Position numbers and translations under genes: made by a program. A DNA stretch of 64,000 nucleotides from a virus, in the IMG/VR virus record IMGVR_UViG_3300032087_006453, positions 6,004 to 70,003 of that record; one strand, 5' to 3'. This document shows, piece after piece, positions 26,833 to 36,104 of the stretch (within the stretch, counting starts at the first letter, position 1; each line of letters opens with the position of its first letter). The notes under the pieces were generated by a model, which searched no databases, was not told where the DNA came from, and worked only from the letters and a program-made list of their open reading frames with translations.

Positions 26833-27900
26833 ATGCCGGCGAAGAAGTATTCCCACATCAACTTTAAGCCCACAGCGGCCATGGCTAAAGCAGCCGAACG
26901 AGGACTTGAGTATCGTAAAAAGGGCGGCGGTGGCGGACTAACTTCGAAGCAAGCGGGATCCTTGGGGATCGGCAGCGGAGTGTCCAGGGCATCCAGCCTA
27001 AAGAGAAGAAGCAACGTGTCTCCACAGGTCGTGCGCCGAATGAAAGCTTTCTTTGATCGTCACGAGAAGAACTCCAAGATCGACAAAGGAAAGAAGCCAC
27101 ACGAGGACAGAGGTTACGTTGCATGGCTTCTCTGGGGTGGTAATCCCGGGCGAAGCTGGGCAAATGCGAGGGTTAGACAGATGGATGCAGCTGACAAGAG
27201 AGCTAAGAACGAAGGTGGTCTGTTGCCACTTGAGGACCTCCTGAGCGAGATCAAAAAAGGTGACACTGTTTCTTACAAGAAAAATGGTAAGAACGTCACA
27301 GGCAAAGTCGTGGTGCCCGATGCACGTGGTCCGTTAGTAGGCATCGATCCAAGTGGGCCGGACGAGATGGACATGGTTCCAGAGGATGAGATTTCGGAAT
27401 CTGATAAGCCTCACCTTAAACAGTACGGCGCGCCGCAGGGCTCCAAGCGAGATAAGCAGCTTGATCAAACTCAGGCTGATCTGAAGAAAGCTGCCGAGCT
27501 CAAGAAGCAAGGCAAAACAAAACAAGCCGAGAAGCTTAAGCAAAAGGCATACCGTAGGAGAGAGAGAATGGAAAAGAAAGAGCGAGGCAAGAAGAGCTTT
27601 AAGAACGTTCCAAGAAAAGACACCAAGAACGAATCAAGAGACCTTCAGAGAATTCGCAGCATCATTCGAGAAGAGCTTAGCAAGAAGACTAAGGCAACGC
27701 TGCGAAAGAAGGCAGAGAAGAGAGGGCTGACACCTGGTTCAGTCGAACAGGAGTACAAGAAGGGCCTTGCTGCTTGGGCATCCTCAGGATCCCGAAAGGG
27801 AATGAGCCAGCATCAGTGGGCCATGGCTAGGGTCAACTCAGCCAACCCAAGCAAGAAGTGGGCCGTTGTCAAGAAATCAAAGGCAAAGAAAAAGAAGTAA
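26833..27900 (+). CDS. Basic multidomain virion-associated protein
   Basis: RMKAFFDRH...VAWLLWGG; internal LLSE|I, ISE|S and RIRSIIRE|E; C-terminal YKKGLAAW...QWAMARVNS. Confidence 0.6.
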   Translation: MPAKKYSHINFKPTAAMAKAAERGLEYRKKGGGGGLTSKQAGSLGIGSGVSRASSLKRRSNVSPQVVRRMKAFFDRHEKNSKIDKGKKPHEDRGYVAWLLWGGNPGRSWANARVRQMDAADKRAKNEGGLLPLEDLLSEIKKGDTVSYKKNGKNVTGKVVVPDARGPLVGIDPSGPDEMDMVPEDEISESDKPHLKQYGAPQGSKRDKQLDQTQADLKKAAELKKQGKTKQAEKLKQKAYRRRERMEKKERGKKSFKNVPRKDTKNESRDLQRIRSIIREELSKKTKATLRKKAEKRGLTPGSVEQEYKKGLAAWASSGSRKGMSQHQWAMARVNSANPSKKWAVVKKSKAKKKK

Positions 27901-27902
27901 GG

Positions 27903-29270
27903 CTAGGGCATCAAGCCCAAGCCTCTGAGGAATCTTAGAACGTTCTCTTTGCTTCTATCTTCGTAACCGCCACTCTCCGAGTCTAGAAACATCTTCTCGG
28001 CAGTTGCTTTCTGATACCCTTCTTCAGGCTGGCTTCCTGACAGGCTTCGGCGCTTGCGTCGAGCTTCTCCAATAAGGGACCTGTATGCGTCCTCTTCAGC
28101 GGCAGCCATGGCTTTGCCAATAGCCGGCCCCTTCAGACCTTGACCCATAAGTTCCTTCGGATTTGCTGCCGGAGGTGAAGATGCAAACTTCAAAAATCCC
28201 GATGCAATATTCTCAGGAACTCCCCCATGCCTTGCAAATTCTGAGACTGCCTCAGACGGAGAGCCGATTCTCTTGAACTCCTTCTTTAGCTTTACTGCAG
28301 TGGAAGGTGTGATCTCAGATAGGGACATCAGCATATTCGCGACATCAATTGTCTTACGGTCGTACCTCATCTTGTCAAGAGCTTTCGTGATCTTCTTTTG
28401 ATTGTCGTCAACAATCATGAAAGCAAGTTGGACAGGCACGCTGTTTGACGAAACCGCCAGAGAAGGATCGGCATTCAACCCCGCGAGTATCTGAGGAAGA
28501 AGATCTGTTCTCTCGACAAGTTCCATGTAGTACTCTGGACGAACCGCCGACTTGATTCCCTTCGCGAACTCGTCAGTAATTCTTTCAGCAGACATTGCGG
28601 GGTCAGACCAAAGGTCGTTGTCATCCAAGATTGCCTGAAGGGTTTCTTTGTCGAGGGCAGAATCCATCCTTGCTGCGAAGCGAAGTGCCCTAAGGATTCT
28701 AAGCTTGTCTTCATCAAATCTACGGGCAGGATCTCCTACTGCACGAATTTTCTTCGAGCGCAAATCATCAATGCCCCCGACGTAATCAACAATCTCCCCT
28801 GCATCGATGTCGTAGAACAACGCGTTGACAGTTAGGTCTCGACGTGCTACATCTTGATCGATTGTTGTGAACTCAACGCTGTCAGGCCTTCGACCCTTTC
28901 CGATGTCCTTTCGGAATGTTGCAATCTCGTACTCACTACCTTCAGGAGTCCATGCACGAACAACTCCGAACATCTTTCCTGTGACGTCAAGCTTCAGGCT
29001 TTTGTCCTGAGAAAGAATGTCCATGACTCTTTCAGGCGATGCACCCGTTGTTAGGTCATAGTCTTTCGGCTCCTTGTCCATCAAGACATCGCGGACGGCA
29101 CCACCGACAACGTAAAGCTCTTCGCCAGAAGCCTTCATCATCTCATGTATTGCGAGCAAATCCTCTGGCAGGTTCATTCGAAAGGAAACCCGCTGTGGCT
29201 TTGCAGCCTCAGCAAGGATGCTACGAACAAACAAGCGTAGCTCGTTAATCGTCTTCTTGTTCCTCATCAT
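27903..29270 (-). CDS. cca: tRNA nucleotidyltransferase (CCA-adding enzyme, class II) with leader
   Basis: YVVGGAVRD, KDYDLTT, EIATFR, DVARRDLTVNAL, DYVGG, RFDEDKLRILRALRF, SAERI; N-terminal ELRLFVRSILAE|A. Confidence 0.88.
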   Translation of the reverse strand: MMRNKKTINELRLFVRSILAEAAKPQRVSFRMNLPEDLLAIHEMMKASGEELYVVGGAVRDVLMDKEPKDYDLTTGASPERVMDILSQDKSLKLDVTGKMFGVVRAWTPEGSEYEIATFRKDIGKGRRPDSVEFTTIDQDVARRDLTVNALFYDIDAGEIVDYVGGIDDLRSKKIRAVGDPARRFDEDKLRILRALRFAARMDSALDKETLQAILDDNDLWSDPAMSAERITDEFAKGIKSAVRPEYYMELVERTDLLPQILAGLNADPSLAVSSNSVPVQLAFMIVDDNQKKITKALDKMRYDRKTIDVANMLMSLSEITPSTAVKLKKEFKRIGSPSEAVSEFARHGGVPENIASGFLKFASSPPAANPKELMGQGLKGPAIGKAMAAAEEDAYRSLIGEARRKRRSLSGSQPEEGYQKATAEKMFLDSESGGYEDRSKENVLRFLRGLGLMP

Positions 29271-29310
29271 CGATCTCTTCCAGTCCTACGACCGTAGGAG
29301 AAGAACCGCC

Positions 29311-29778
29311 TCAAGACTCATGCATCATGCTGTTGAGCATCTTGTACTCAAGGTACTCTGCAACATCGTCGACGGCTTGTTCTGCTTGGGAAATCTTTGA
29401 CTGACACCATTCTGGAAGGTCGTCTTCATTCATCAGCGATTCGTGAAGCATCATGGCATTCTTTGCAATGTGGTAAAGCTGGCGCTTTGTCATCTTTGCT
29501 TCACCGTGACCGTAGTCAAAGTCACGACCGACCATGCTGTCCAACTGCATTCCGTGGCCCTCGGAAAGCATCTCGCTCTTGTCACCGTACGAAGTGAACT
29601 GAGCGATTGACCTCTGCATCTCCTTTGCCGTCATATTCTTAAGGTTTGCAATCTCATCTAGAGAAAGCCCTAGGTCGACTAGGTCGACAAACTTAGCTTC
29701 CGAAATTGCTATCTGCTGTTCAGGCGTAATGCGAAGCCCCGCAAGGGCGAGGCTAATTGCAATCTCAAGTTCTTTCAT
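29311..29778 (-). CDS. Hypothetical protein
   Basis: EAKMTKRQL...DDLPEWCQSKI motif; late-type motif upstream. Confidence 0.6.
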   Translation of the reverse strand: MKELEIAISLALAGLRITPEQQIAISEAKFVDLVDLGLSLDEIANLKNMTAKEMQRSIAQFTSYGDKSEMLSEGHGMQLDSMVGRDFDYGHGEAKMTKRQLYHIAKNAMMLHESLMNEDDLPEWCQSKISQAEQAVDDVAEYLEYKMLNSMMHES

Positions 29779-29802
29779 GTCCAGATCTCCCGAACATAAA
29801 TA

Positions 29803-30015
29803 TCAGCTAAGAGCCTCAAGAATATTATCAAGTTCAACATCACTTCCCTTGTGGCTCGCCTTGATCTTTGCAATACGCAGTGCAGCCTTGAACGCCTTCG
29901 TGTCGAGCTTGTCTTCAAAGCTGGCGTACGTCTCCTTCAGCTGCTCGTTCAGCAAAGTCTTCTCGTTCTCGATTCGACGAATCTCGTTAGCAAGTTCAAT
30001 CACAAACTGTCGCAT
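29803..30015 (-). CDS. GapR/T4 DsbA-like small DNA-binding protein
   Basis: IRRIENEK..L.EQLKETY...LDTKAFKAALRIAK. Confidence 0.6.
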   Translation of the reverse strand: MRQFVIELANEIRRIENEKTLLNEQLKETYASFEDKLDTKAFKAALRIAKIKASHKGSDVELDNILEALS

Positions 30016-30027
30016 ACTCTCTCCATT

Positions 30028-30225
30028 CTAAGCAAGCTTAAAGCCTTCCACAATCAAAGGCTTATCGTTAACTAAAACAATGTATCTTGTATCTTGATTG
30101 CCCGAAAGTCGATCGAGGACTAAGCCAGGTTGATCAGCACGGACTTTGAAATAATAAGGATCGTTTTCATCTTTTACAAGGTAAAATCCTTTTGAAACTA
30201 TTTTTAGTTGCCCTGGTTCATACAT
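30028..30225 (-). CDS. Hypothetical protein
   Basis: 65-aa ORF coupled in the operon. Confidence 0.5.
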   Translation of the reverse strand: MYEPGQLKIVSKGFYLVKDENDPYYFKVRADQPGLVLDRLSGNQDTRYIVLVNDKPLIVEGFKLA

Positions 30226-30541
30226 CCGTTTCCTTTTCCCCTGATGCCTTCACTGCCTCTGTTCTTTCCACTGGTGAGATAGTCTTGCTTTCAGTTTTGG
30301 TGACAGCCTTGGTCACTGCCTTCGGCTTTGCAGCTCTGGGCTTTCTCGTGGTCCTAGGCTTTGGTTTCGGCTTTGGCTTTGGCGGGTTGAGGATTGCATC
30401 AACCGCTGCCTCCTCTGGGGGATTGACGCCCTTCGCTTCGCACCACTCGCAAACCTCTTTATACGAAGAAAAATTTCGTCGGACAAAAGACTTTAGATCA
30501 ATCTTTCTCCGCCTAGAAAAGAAATCCCAACTCAAATTCAT
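30218..30541 (-). CDS. Hypothetical protein with Lys/Pro-rich tail
   Basis: PKPKPKPKPR, AVTKAVTK. Confidence 0.55.
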   Translation of the reverse strand: MNLSWDFFSRRRKIDLKSFVRRNFSSYKEVCEWCEAKGVNPPEEAAVDAILNPPKPKPKPKPRTTRKPRAAKPKAVTKAVTKTESKTISPVERTEAVKASGEKETDV

Positions 30542-30819
30542 GCTTCACCTCTGGTAATCTGCAGTTCCCTGACTTCCATAGAAACCTCGACCTTCATGAG
30601 ATCCAAAACACTCTTAACAATCTCATCGTCGTATTTGCCTCTAAGATCTTTTCTAACGTGTGCCGTGAGTTCGTTGAGCGAAGAACCTGAAAAAGACATT
30701 AGACTTTTATCAAGATCCTTCACAACCCTGGCTGCCGAGTCTTCGTCCCAGCCACAGACTTCTAGAAGCGAAGTCTGCGCTCGGACTGAGGCAATTCTAT
30801 CTGTCAGGAAAGTAAACAT
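30538..30819 (-). CDS. Hypothetical protein
   Basis: GAGG RBS; ATATTTAT motif upstream. Confidence 0.55.
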   Translation of the reverse strand: MFTFLTDRIASVRAQTSLLEVCGWDEDSAARVVKDLDKSLMSFSGSSLNELTAHVRKDLRGKYDDEIVKSVLDLMKVEVSMEVRELQITRGEA

Positions 30820-30823
30820 TTCC

Positions 30824-31096
30824 TCAATAAATATCACGAAGCATGGCAATCATGCTTTCCTGAAACCTTGGGTCTTTTGCAATCACCTTGGGGTCGTTGC
30901 CAAGCTCTTCAGAGAATGCGTCGCAAAGTGGCTGAGCGATCTTCTCTAGAGCCCTCAGACAAACATTCCTTGCAGTGGAATGATTCATCTTGTCCCCAGA
31001 TTCCGTCATGCGCTCAGCAATTTCACGATACCCAATTCCGTCAGGAGCCTTTGAGCCGTATCCGTGATCAAACTTCTTTCCGTTAGGCATTCCCAT
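30824..31096 (-). CDS. Stand-alone sigma region 4.2-like HTH protein
   Basis: GYREIAERMTESGDKMNHSTARNVCLRALEKI; own GGAGG RBS inside the end of the sigma gene. Confidence 0.6.
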   Translation of the reverse strand: MGMPNGKKFDHGYGSKAPDGIGYREIAERMTESGDKMNHSTARNVCLRALEKIAQPLCDAFSEELGNDPKVIAKDPRFQESMIAMLRDIY

Positions 31097-31814
31097 CTTG
31101 TTCCTCCAGATACTTTCGGTCACTTTCATCAGGTTCAATTCCGAAGCGCATGCGAAGCACTGCCTCTTCACGAGGAGACAAGCTTCGAAGTGCGTCTCGA
31201 ATTATTGACTGCATCTTTGAATTGTCGATGGCATCGGATGGATCGATCATGTTCTCGTCGGGAATTACTTCGCCAAGCTTACGAGAACCCTCTTCAGATC
31301 CAACCTCTGCATCCAAGGAAACAAATCCGTGATGCATAGAACGAACACGGCGAAGGAGCTTCACACTGACGTCCAGTGCATCCGCCAACTCCTCCGCCGT
31401 TGGAAGAATACCGAATTCTTCCTCGTACTCTTTCTCGTACTCGTTCGCTTTCCATGCAATCAACCGAAGGTGAGACGGAATCCTTACGTCGGTTTTGTGG
31501 TTTCCAATGTGCTTAAGCACAGCTTGACGAATCCACCAGCAGGCGTATGTTGAAAACTTGAAGCCCCTGGTATGATCGAAACGATCGACCGCTTTCATCA
31601 AGCCAATGTTCGATTCCTGAATGAGGTCTTCAAAATCAGCACCACGATTCTGATACTTCTTGGCAATAGAAACCGCCAACCGAAGATTTGCTGAAACCAT
31701 CTGGTCTCGTGCTGACTTATCGCCTGCCTTAATCCTCTTAGCTAGTTCTACTTCCTCTTCCCTCGTCAGTAGTTTGTGACTGCCAACATTGCTGAAATAA
31801 GAGGATAAACTCAT
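31083..31814 (-). CDS. Sigma-70 family factor (regions 1.2-4.1, lacking the 4.2 HTH)
   Basis: LLTREEEVELAKRI, ANLRLAVSIAKKY, DLIQESNIGLMKAVDRFD..RGFKFSTYACWWIRQ, LSPREEAVLRMRFG followed shortly by a stop. Confidence 0.88.
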   Translation of the reverse strand: MSLSSYFSNVGSHKLLTREEEVELAKRIKAGDKSARDQMVSANLRLAVSIAKKYQNRGADFEDLIQESNIGLMKAVDRFDHTRGFKFSTYACWWIRQAVLKHIGNHKTDVRIPSHLRLIAWKANEYEKEYEEEFGILPTAEELADALDVSVKLLRRVRSMHHGFVSLDAEVGSEEGSRKLGEVIPDENMIDPSDAIDNSKMQSIIRDALRSLSPREEAVLRMRFGIEPDESDRKYLEEQDGNA

Positions 31815-32047
31815 GCTGCTCCCTTTCTGTTTGAGATCCACTGTTGATGTGCCTTTCGTCGATTCTCGCGAATCTCAATCTCTCGATAGAGATAGCAAGC
31901 ATTCAACTCCAGCTCATGACGAACCTTAGGATCCTTCGTGCGACCAATGACTCGGCGAATGCCACTGAGCATGTTGCGAAGAACACTCTCATCCATCACA
32001 GCCAGGTCATATGTGTTGAGTGGCAAAGACTTGTTACGCAATTCCAA
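31811..32047 (-). CDS. Hypothetical protein
   Basis: 78-aa ORF overlapping the sigma start. Confidence 0.55.
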   Translation of the reverse strand: MELRNKSLPLNTYDLAVMDESVLRNMLSGIRRVIGRTKDPKVRHELELNACYLYREIEIRENRRKAHQQWISNRKGAA

Positions 32048-32080
32048 CCTCGACTTACTTTAATGTAGTCACGTGTTTTC

Positions 32081-32110
32081 AAAAGTGAACGGCTGTCCGC
32101 TCACTTTTTT
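32081..32110. terminator. Hairpin / possible bidirectional terminator downstream of groEL
   Basis: AAAAGTGAACGG-CTGT-CCGCTCACTTTTTT. Confidence 0.55.
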
Positions 32111-32139
32111 ATTGTATCACAAGGATGTTGAATTTACAC

Positions 32140-33738
32140 TCAGATTTCTGTTTCGTCAGAAATCATTGCTGCACCAACGGAAAGGAAGTTCACCGAAACC
32201 GAGACAGCATTCTCGAGTGCTGATGTGGCAACAAGGGTAGGATCGATGATTCCTGACTCCACCATGTTGCAGTACTGCTCGTTTCGAGCATCATAGCCGT
32301 ATTCAGCGTTTCTTGAACGTAGAACCTTCTGAATCACGATATCAGGAACTCCACCAGCATTTTCAATGATCTGCCTCAGCGGAGCCGTGCATGCACGAGA
32401 AACAACCTCTGCTCCCACTCGAAAGCTTCCGGAACTGTTCTTGGGAACCTTTAGACCCTTCGATGCCTTTGCCAAAGCTGACCCACCGCCTGGAAGAATT
32501 CCTGAAACAACCGCGGCGCGTGTTGCGTGTAGTGCATCATCAACACGGTCCTTTCTTTCCTGGAGTTCTATCTGAGTGCTTCCGCCCACTCGAAGAACAC
32601 AGATTCCTGAAGACAGTCGTCTTACTCTACGAAGTAGGACCGCCTTGTGTTCATCTGAAATGCTTGGATCTTCTGTTTGGGACTTTAGTTCAGAAATCCT
32701 TTCATCAACTTCACTATCGTCAGTACTCGTTCCGATGAAGATACTTCTGCGTCGATGAACGACAACCTTTGAACATGTTCCTAAATCCTCGATCGAAGCA
32801 TCCTTTAGATCATCGATGTCCGCAGCTCCAAACACCCGGGTTCCCAAAAGGAATGCAAGGTCATCAAGTGCGTTCACTCTTCCTTGCCCGAACTCCGGAG
32901 ATGCAATTGCACAAACCTTCAGAACATTCTTCATCCTGTTCAAAACTAGCATCTGAAGTGCTTCACCTTCAATGCCGTCTGCCACAATTAGAAGTGGCGA
33001 GGAAGATGAGTGAATCTTTTCAAGGATAGGAACGATTTCCTGAAGCGTTTCAATGGTCTTGTTTACAATGAGGATCCTAGGGTTCTCGAGTGTACACGTC
33101 ATCCTCTGCTGATCATCGGCAAAGTAAGGAGACAAATATCCACGATCGATCTCGGTACCATCAATGACCTCTAGAGAACTCTTGAATCCCCTGGCCTCTT
33201 CGACGGTAACGGGTCCATCCGGACCTACCGCCTCGATTGCTTCGACAATGATCTTGGAAATGTCCTCCTCACCGTTGGCGCTGATGAGAGCAACGTTTGA
33301 GATTTGATCGTCGTCGCCAACAGGGGTTGACATGTTCTGAAGGGAATCATTGATCTTCGAATGTGCCCATATCATTCCCCTTTTGAGATCAGCATAATCG
33401 TAGCCAGCCTCGAGTGCTCGCATTCCCTCATTGCAGAGTGCTTGAGCCAAGACGGTTGCTGTGGTTGTTCCGTCTCCGGCAACTTCCGCAGTTCTCCCCG
33501 CAGCCTCCTTGACAAGCTGAACTCCCAAGTCTGGGTACTGATCTCTTAGGTTCAATGCCTTTGCAACAGTCACGCCGTCCTTTGTCAGAATAGGAGGACC
33601 GTGATCCTGCTCGATTACAACGTTCCGACCACGAGGACCCATGGTCACTCGTACTGCACCTGCTAGCACGTTAATGCCATCCAGCATCTTTCTTCGTGCT
33701 GAGACATCGAACTCAACGACGCGATCTTGTCTAGACAT
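32140..33738 (-). CDS. groEL: Chaperonin GroEL (phage-encoded)
   Basis: TMGPRGRNV, TKDGVTVA, AGDGTTTATVLA, DRGYLSPYF, ERKDRVDDALHATRAA, GGG, GIIDP; no GGM tail. Confidence 0.95.
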   Translation of the reverse strand: MSRQDRVVEFDVSARRKMLDGINVLAGAVRVTMGPRGRNVVIEQDHGPPILTKDGVTVAKALNLRDQYPDLGVQLVKEAAGRTAEVAGDGTTTATVLAQALCNEGMRALEAGYDYADLKRGMIWAHSKINDSLQNMSTPVGDDDQISNVALISANGEEDISKIIVEAIEAVGPDGPVTVEEARGFKSSLEVIDGTEIDRGYLSPYFADDQQRMTCTLENPRILIVNKTIETLQEIVPILEKIHSSSSPLLIVADGIEGEALQMLVLNRMKNVLKVCAIASPEFGQGRVNALDDLAFLLGTRVFGAADIDDLKDASIEDLGTCSKVVVHRRRSIFIGTSTDDSEVDERISELKSQTEDPSISDEHKAVLLRRVRRLSSGICVLRVGGSTQIELQERKDRVDDALHATRAAVVSGILPGGGSALAKASKGLKVPKNSSGSFRVGAEVVSRACTAPLRQIIENAGGVPDIVIQKVLRSRNAEYGYDARNEQYCNMVESGIIDPTLVATSALENAVSVSVNFLSVGAAMISDETEI

Positions 33739-33923
33739 TATCCCCTCAGGACTTGCTTAGTCTCTGTAACGGATTCAATAACCGTAATGACACGGCGATC
33801 GCCGGTAACAACGTTCTGAGCGACGTGGAGATCTCCAGCCTTAACGGCAATCTCGTTCTCAGAAAGAATGCCCTTCGCACGAAGGTCGCGCTGGACAATG
33901 TCATTTAGAGGTTGTTCAATCAT
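33738..33923 (-). CDS. Hypothetical protein
   Basis: 61 aa, coupled to groEL; no GroES motifs. Confidence 0.5.
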   Translation of the reverse strand: MIEQPLNDIVQRDLRAKGILSENEIAVKAGDLHVAQNVVTGDRRVITVIESVTETKQVLRG

Positions 33924-34731
33924 TTATAACTCCTTTGAATGTTGTAGTATACTTGGTCCAAGCGGTATTGTTTACCATAGACCAAAATCCAAGGTCACGA
34001 AAAGCATTGCGCAGTGAATCCCAGTTGGCACTCCCATGGCTAACTTCGACATCTGCTTCGTTGAGATGTTCAAACTGAATCAGCTCTCGATTAAGGGCGT
34101 ACTTCTCGTTTCCATTTTTGTCAGAAAGAAACTGTTGAAGTTTCTCTGGTGAGTCGAGAAGCTTGAGAGCAGTCTTGTTACCCACTCCCTTGAAGCCCTC
34201 AATATTATCTGAATGATCGCCAACGAGAGCTTTCCATCCAACATAATCGCTGCAAGGAGGTTCTCGAAACTTCTTTGCAACCGGATTGTACAGCTCGCAA
34301 CGAGGATCCTGGTTCAGCAGCTGAAGAAAGTCAGTGTCGCTTGAAACAATGACTCTGCGATCCCAATCACCAGAAAGAGCGTAGTGACCAATGACATCAT
34401 CAGCTTCTCGCTCAGGGTGCCGTACAACCTCGATTGGCATACTCTGCAACAGCTCTAGAATCTTCTTGCGCTGCTCACCGTAGTTGTCTGAAGAATCAAA
34501 GACTCGGGTTGCCTTGTAACCTTCGTGAGCCTGCAGTCTCTTAACTGGCCGGCCTTCGAGAGCTAGGACAATCTTTGATGGACTGAACTTCTCAACGAGA
34601 GGTCGAAGAGACCTGAAGAACGCGTAGACAATTGCATTGTCCCTGTCTCCCAAGTTTCTCCTGCTGGAGAAACGGGCTCGTTGCATAAGGTTTGCTCCAT
34701 CAAGCAGCAGTATCGTCTTGTTCATGGTCAC
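33916..34731 (-). CDS. 5'-3' exonuclease / flap endonuclease (PolI N-terminal / T4 RNase H-like)
   Basis: LLDGANL, YKATR, EADDVIG, SSDTDFLQ, ALVGDHSDNIEGFKGVGNKTA. Confidence 0.88.
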   Translation of the reverse strand: MTMNKTILLLDGANLMQRARFSSRRNLGDRDNAIVYAFFRSLRPLVEKFSPSKIVLALEGRPVKRLQAHEGYKATRVFDSSDNYGEQRKKILELLQSMPIEVVRHPEREADDVIGHYALSGDWDRRVIVSSDTDFLQLLNQDPRCELYNPVAKKFREPPCSDYVGWKALVGDHSDNIEGFKGVGNKTALKLLDSPEKLQQFLSDKNGNEKYALNRELIQFEHLNEADVEVSHGSANWDSLRNAFRDLGFWSMVNNTAWTKYTTTFKGVIND

Positions 34732-35059
34732 TCACATCAGACATTGGTTCACGCTTCTTAATATCACGGCCAAAGTACTTTTGTTCAAGTCTTTTTGCCT
34801 GCGCAATAGTCTTATCGATCTTGACCATTGCTTCGTGAGTGATCGTCTCCTGTGCTGCTTCGATGCCAGTAAAGTACTCTTCCTTTTCTGGATCCAGCTC
34901 GTAGTCTTCTCCGGTCGGAGATCGAACTACGTAAGAAATCATCTTGCCCTCAAGTGTCTCACGAACAATCTTTTCTGCGACCTTGATCGGCATCAGCTGT
35001 TCATTGCCACCTCGAGCAGTAACTCTGACATACGCAATATCACCTACGTTCATGATCAA
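34700..35059 (-). CDS. Hypothetical protein
   Basis: 119-aa ORF in the operon. Confidence 0.55.
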   Translation of the reverse strand: MIMNVGDIAYVRVTARGGNEQLMPIKVAEKIVRETLEGKMISYVVRSPTGEDYELDPEKEEYFTGIEAAQETITHEAMVKIDKTIAQAKRLEQKYFGRDIKKREPMSDVSDHEQDDTAA

Positions 35060-35062
35060 CCC

Positions 35063-35293
35063 CTACTTCTTGAAACCTGGACCGAGAAATCCCTTGGTTC
35101 CGCCAGGGCCATGAGACGTGGGTCCAGGGTTGTTCGAACTCTTGAATCCTGGGCCTGCAAATCCAAAAGCATCAGAAAGGCTCTTGGACTTCTGAAGCCT
35201 AGAAATCTCAAACTGTGCGGAACTGTCTCCACGTTGATTAAGCGAGCGAACTATTTCCTGTCGGATTACGCTGCGTAGATCGAATTTTGACAT
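35063..35293 (-). CDS. Small leader-like protein with Gly/Pro repeats
   Basis: DLRSVIRQEI; GFAGPGFK ... GFLGPGFK. Confidence 0.5.
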   Translation of the reverse strand: MSKFDLRSVIRQEIVRSLNQRGDSSAQFEISRLQKSKSLSDAFGFAGPGFKSSNNPGPTSHGPGGTKGFLGPGFKK

Positions 35294-36063
35294 GTTTCAT
35301 CTCCATCAATACTTTCTAGAATCACCGTGTAACTGGGATTCTTGGACTCCCACATTGCAACCTTGTTGTTGATTGCGTCAACCTTCTTCGAGAATCGAAT
35401 CAACTCACGATCAATGACGCCGCCGGTCTTTTCCGCCTTAGCCGGCGATTCATTGGCCAAGCGGTCGTTCAGTTCAGTAAGCCTGTTCACATGCTTCTTG
35501 CGAACCGAGTTTAGTTCGTTTTCGTACTGTGAAATGAACGTGTCTCTTCGGTCGATGATTTCACCCATCAGAACATTGCACTTCTTCATTGCGGTATGCT
35601 TCTTCATGCGAACACGCCCTCGAGCACCCGGAGACTCTGCGTGAAAGTCTTCTCGCTTGAGACCCTCAAAGTGAAGCACAGCAAAGTTCTCAAAGTGATC
35701 ATCGGCAATAACGTACAGAAAATCGACGCCTTCTTCGTTTCCTTCGAAAGTCATTGAATCAGATTGGAAGCTAAGAGCTCCGGAACGGTGGCGAGTTGTG
35801 AGCTTGCACTCAAGGTTCTTGCCAATCTCAGGAATGACGATGTCTGGTTCGCCGGTCTTTCCGTTACTGTATGCATTCGGAAAGTTGGCCTGAATCTGCT
35901 CAGCAAAGTAGAACTCTTGCGGACCAGACATGAGAATATTTCTACGACCCAAGTCTTCCTCAACGTTCATGCCAGAACAAGAGTAGACGTCCCTGAGAGA
36001 CTTGTAGAAATGCTTCATGCTTCGGATTGCGTTCTCTGCTTGACTTCGACTGATATACATCAA
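35266..36063 (-). CDS. PD-(D/E)xK-like nuclease with coiled-coil tail
   Basis: GEPDIVI...LECKLT; TTGTAA-N17-TATACT promoter at 36076-36104. Confidence 0.55.
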   Translation of the reverse strand: MMYISRSQAENAIRSMKHFYKSLRDVYSCSGMNVEEDLGRRNILMSGPQEFYFAEQIQANFPNAYSNGKTGEPDIVIPEIGKNLECKLTTRHRSGALSFQSDSMTFEGNEEGVDFLYVIADDHFENFAVLHFEGLKREDFHAESPGARGRVRMKKHTAMKKCNVLMGEIIDRRDTFISQYENELNSVRKKHVNRLTELNDRLANESPAKAEKTGGVIDRELIRFSKKVDAINNKVAMWESKNPSYTVILESIDGDETCQNSIYAA

Positions 36064-36104
36064 ACCTCCAGTATGAGTATAACTGTCACGGACCCAGTTT
36101 ACAA

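Noticed and set aside
33738-33923. GroES candidate
   Set aside because: Too short and lacks the PLxDRV and GIxxP motifs.
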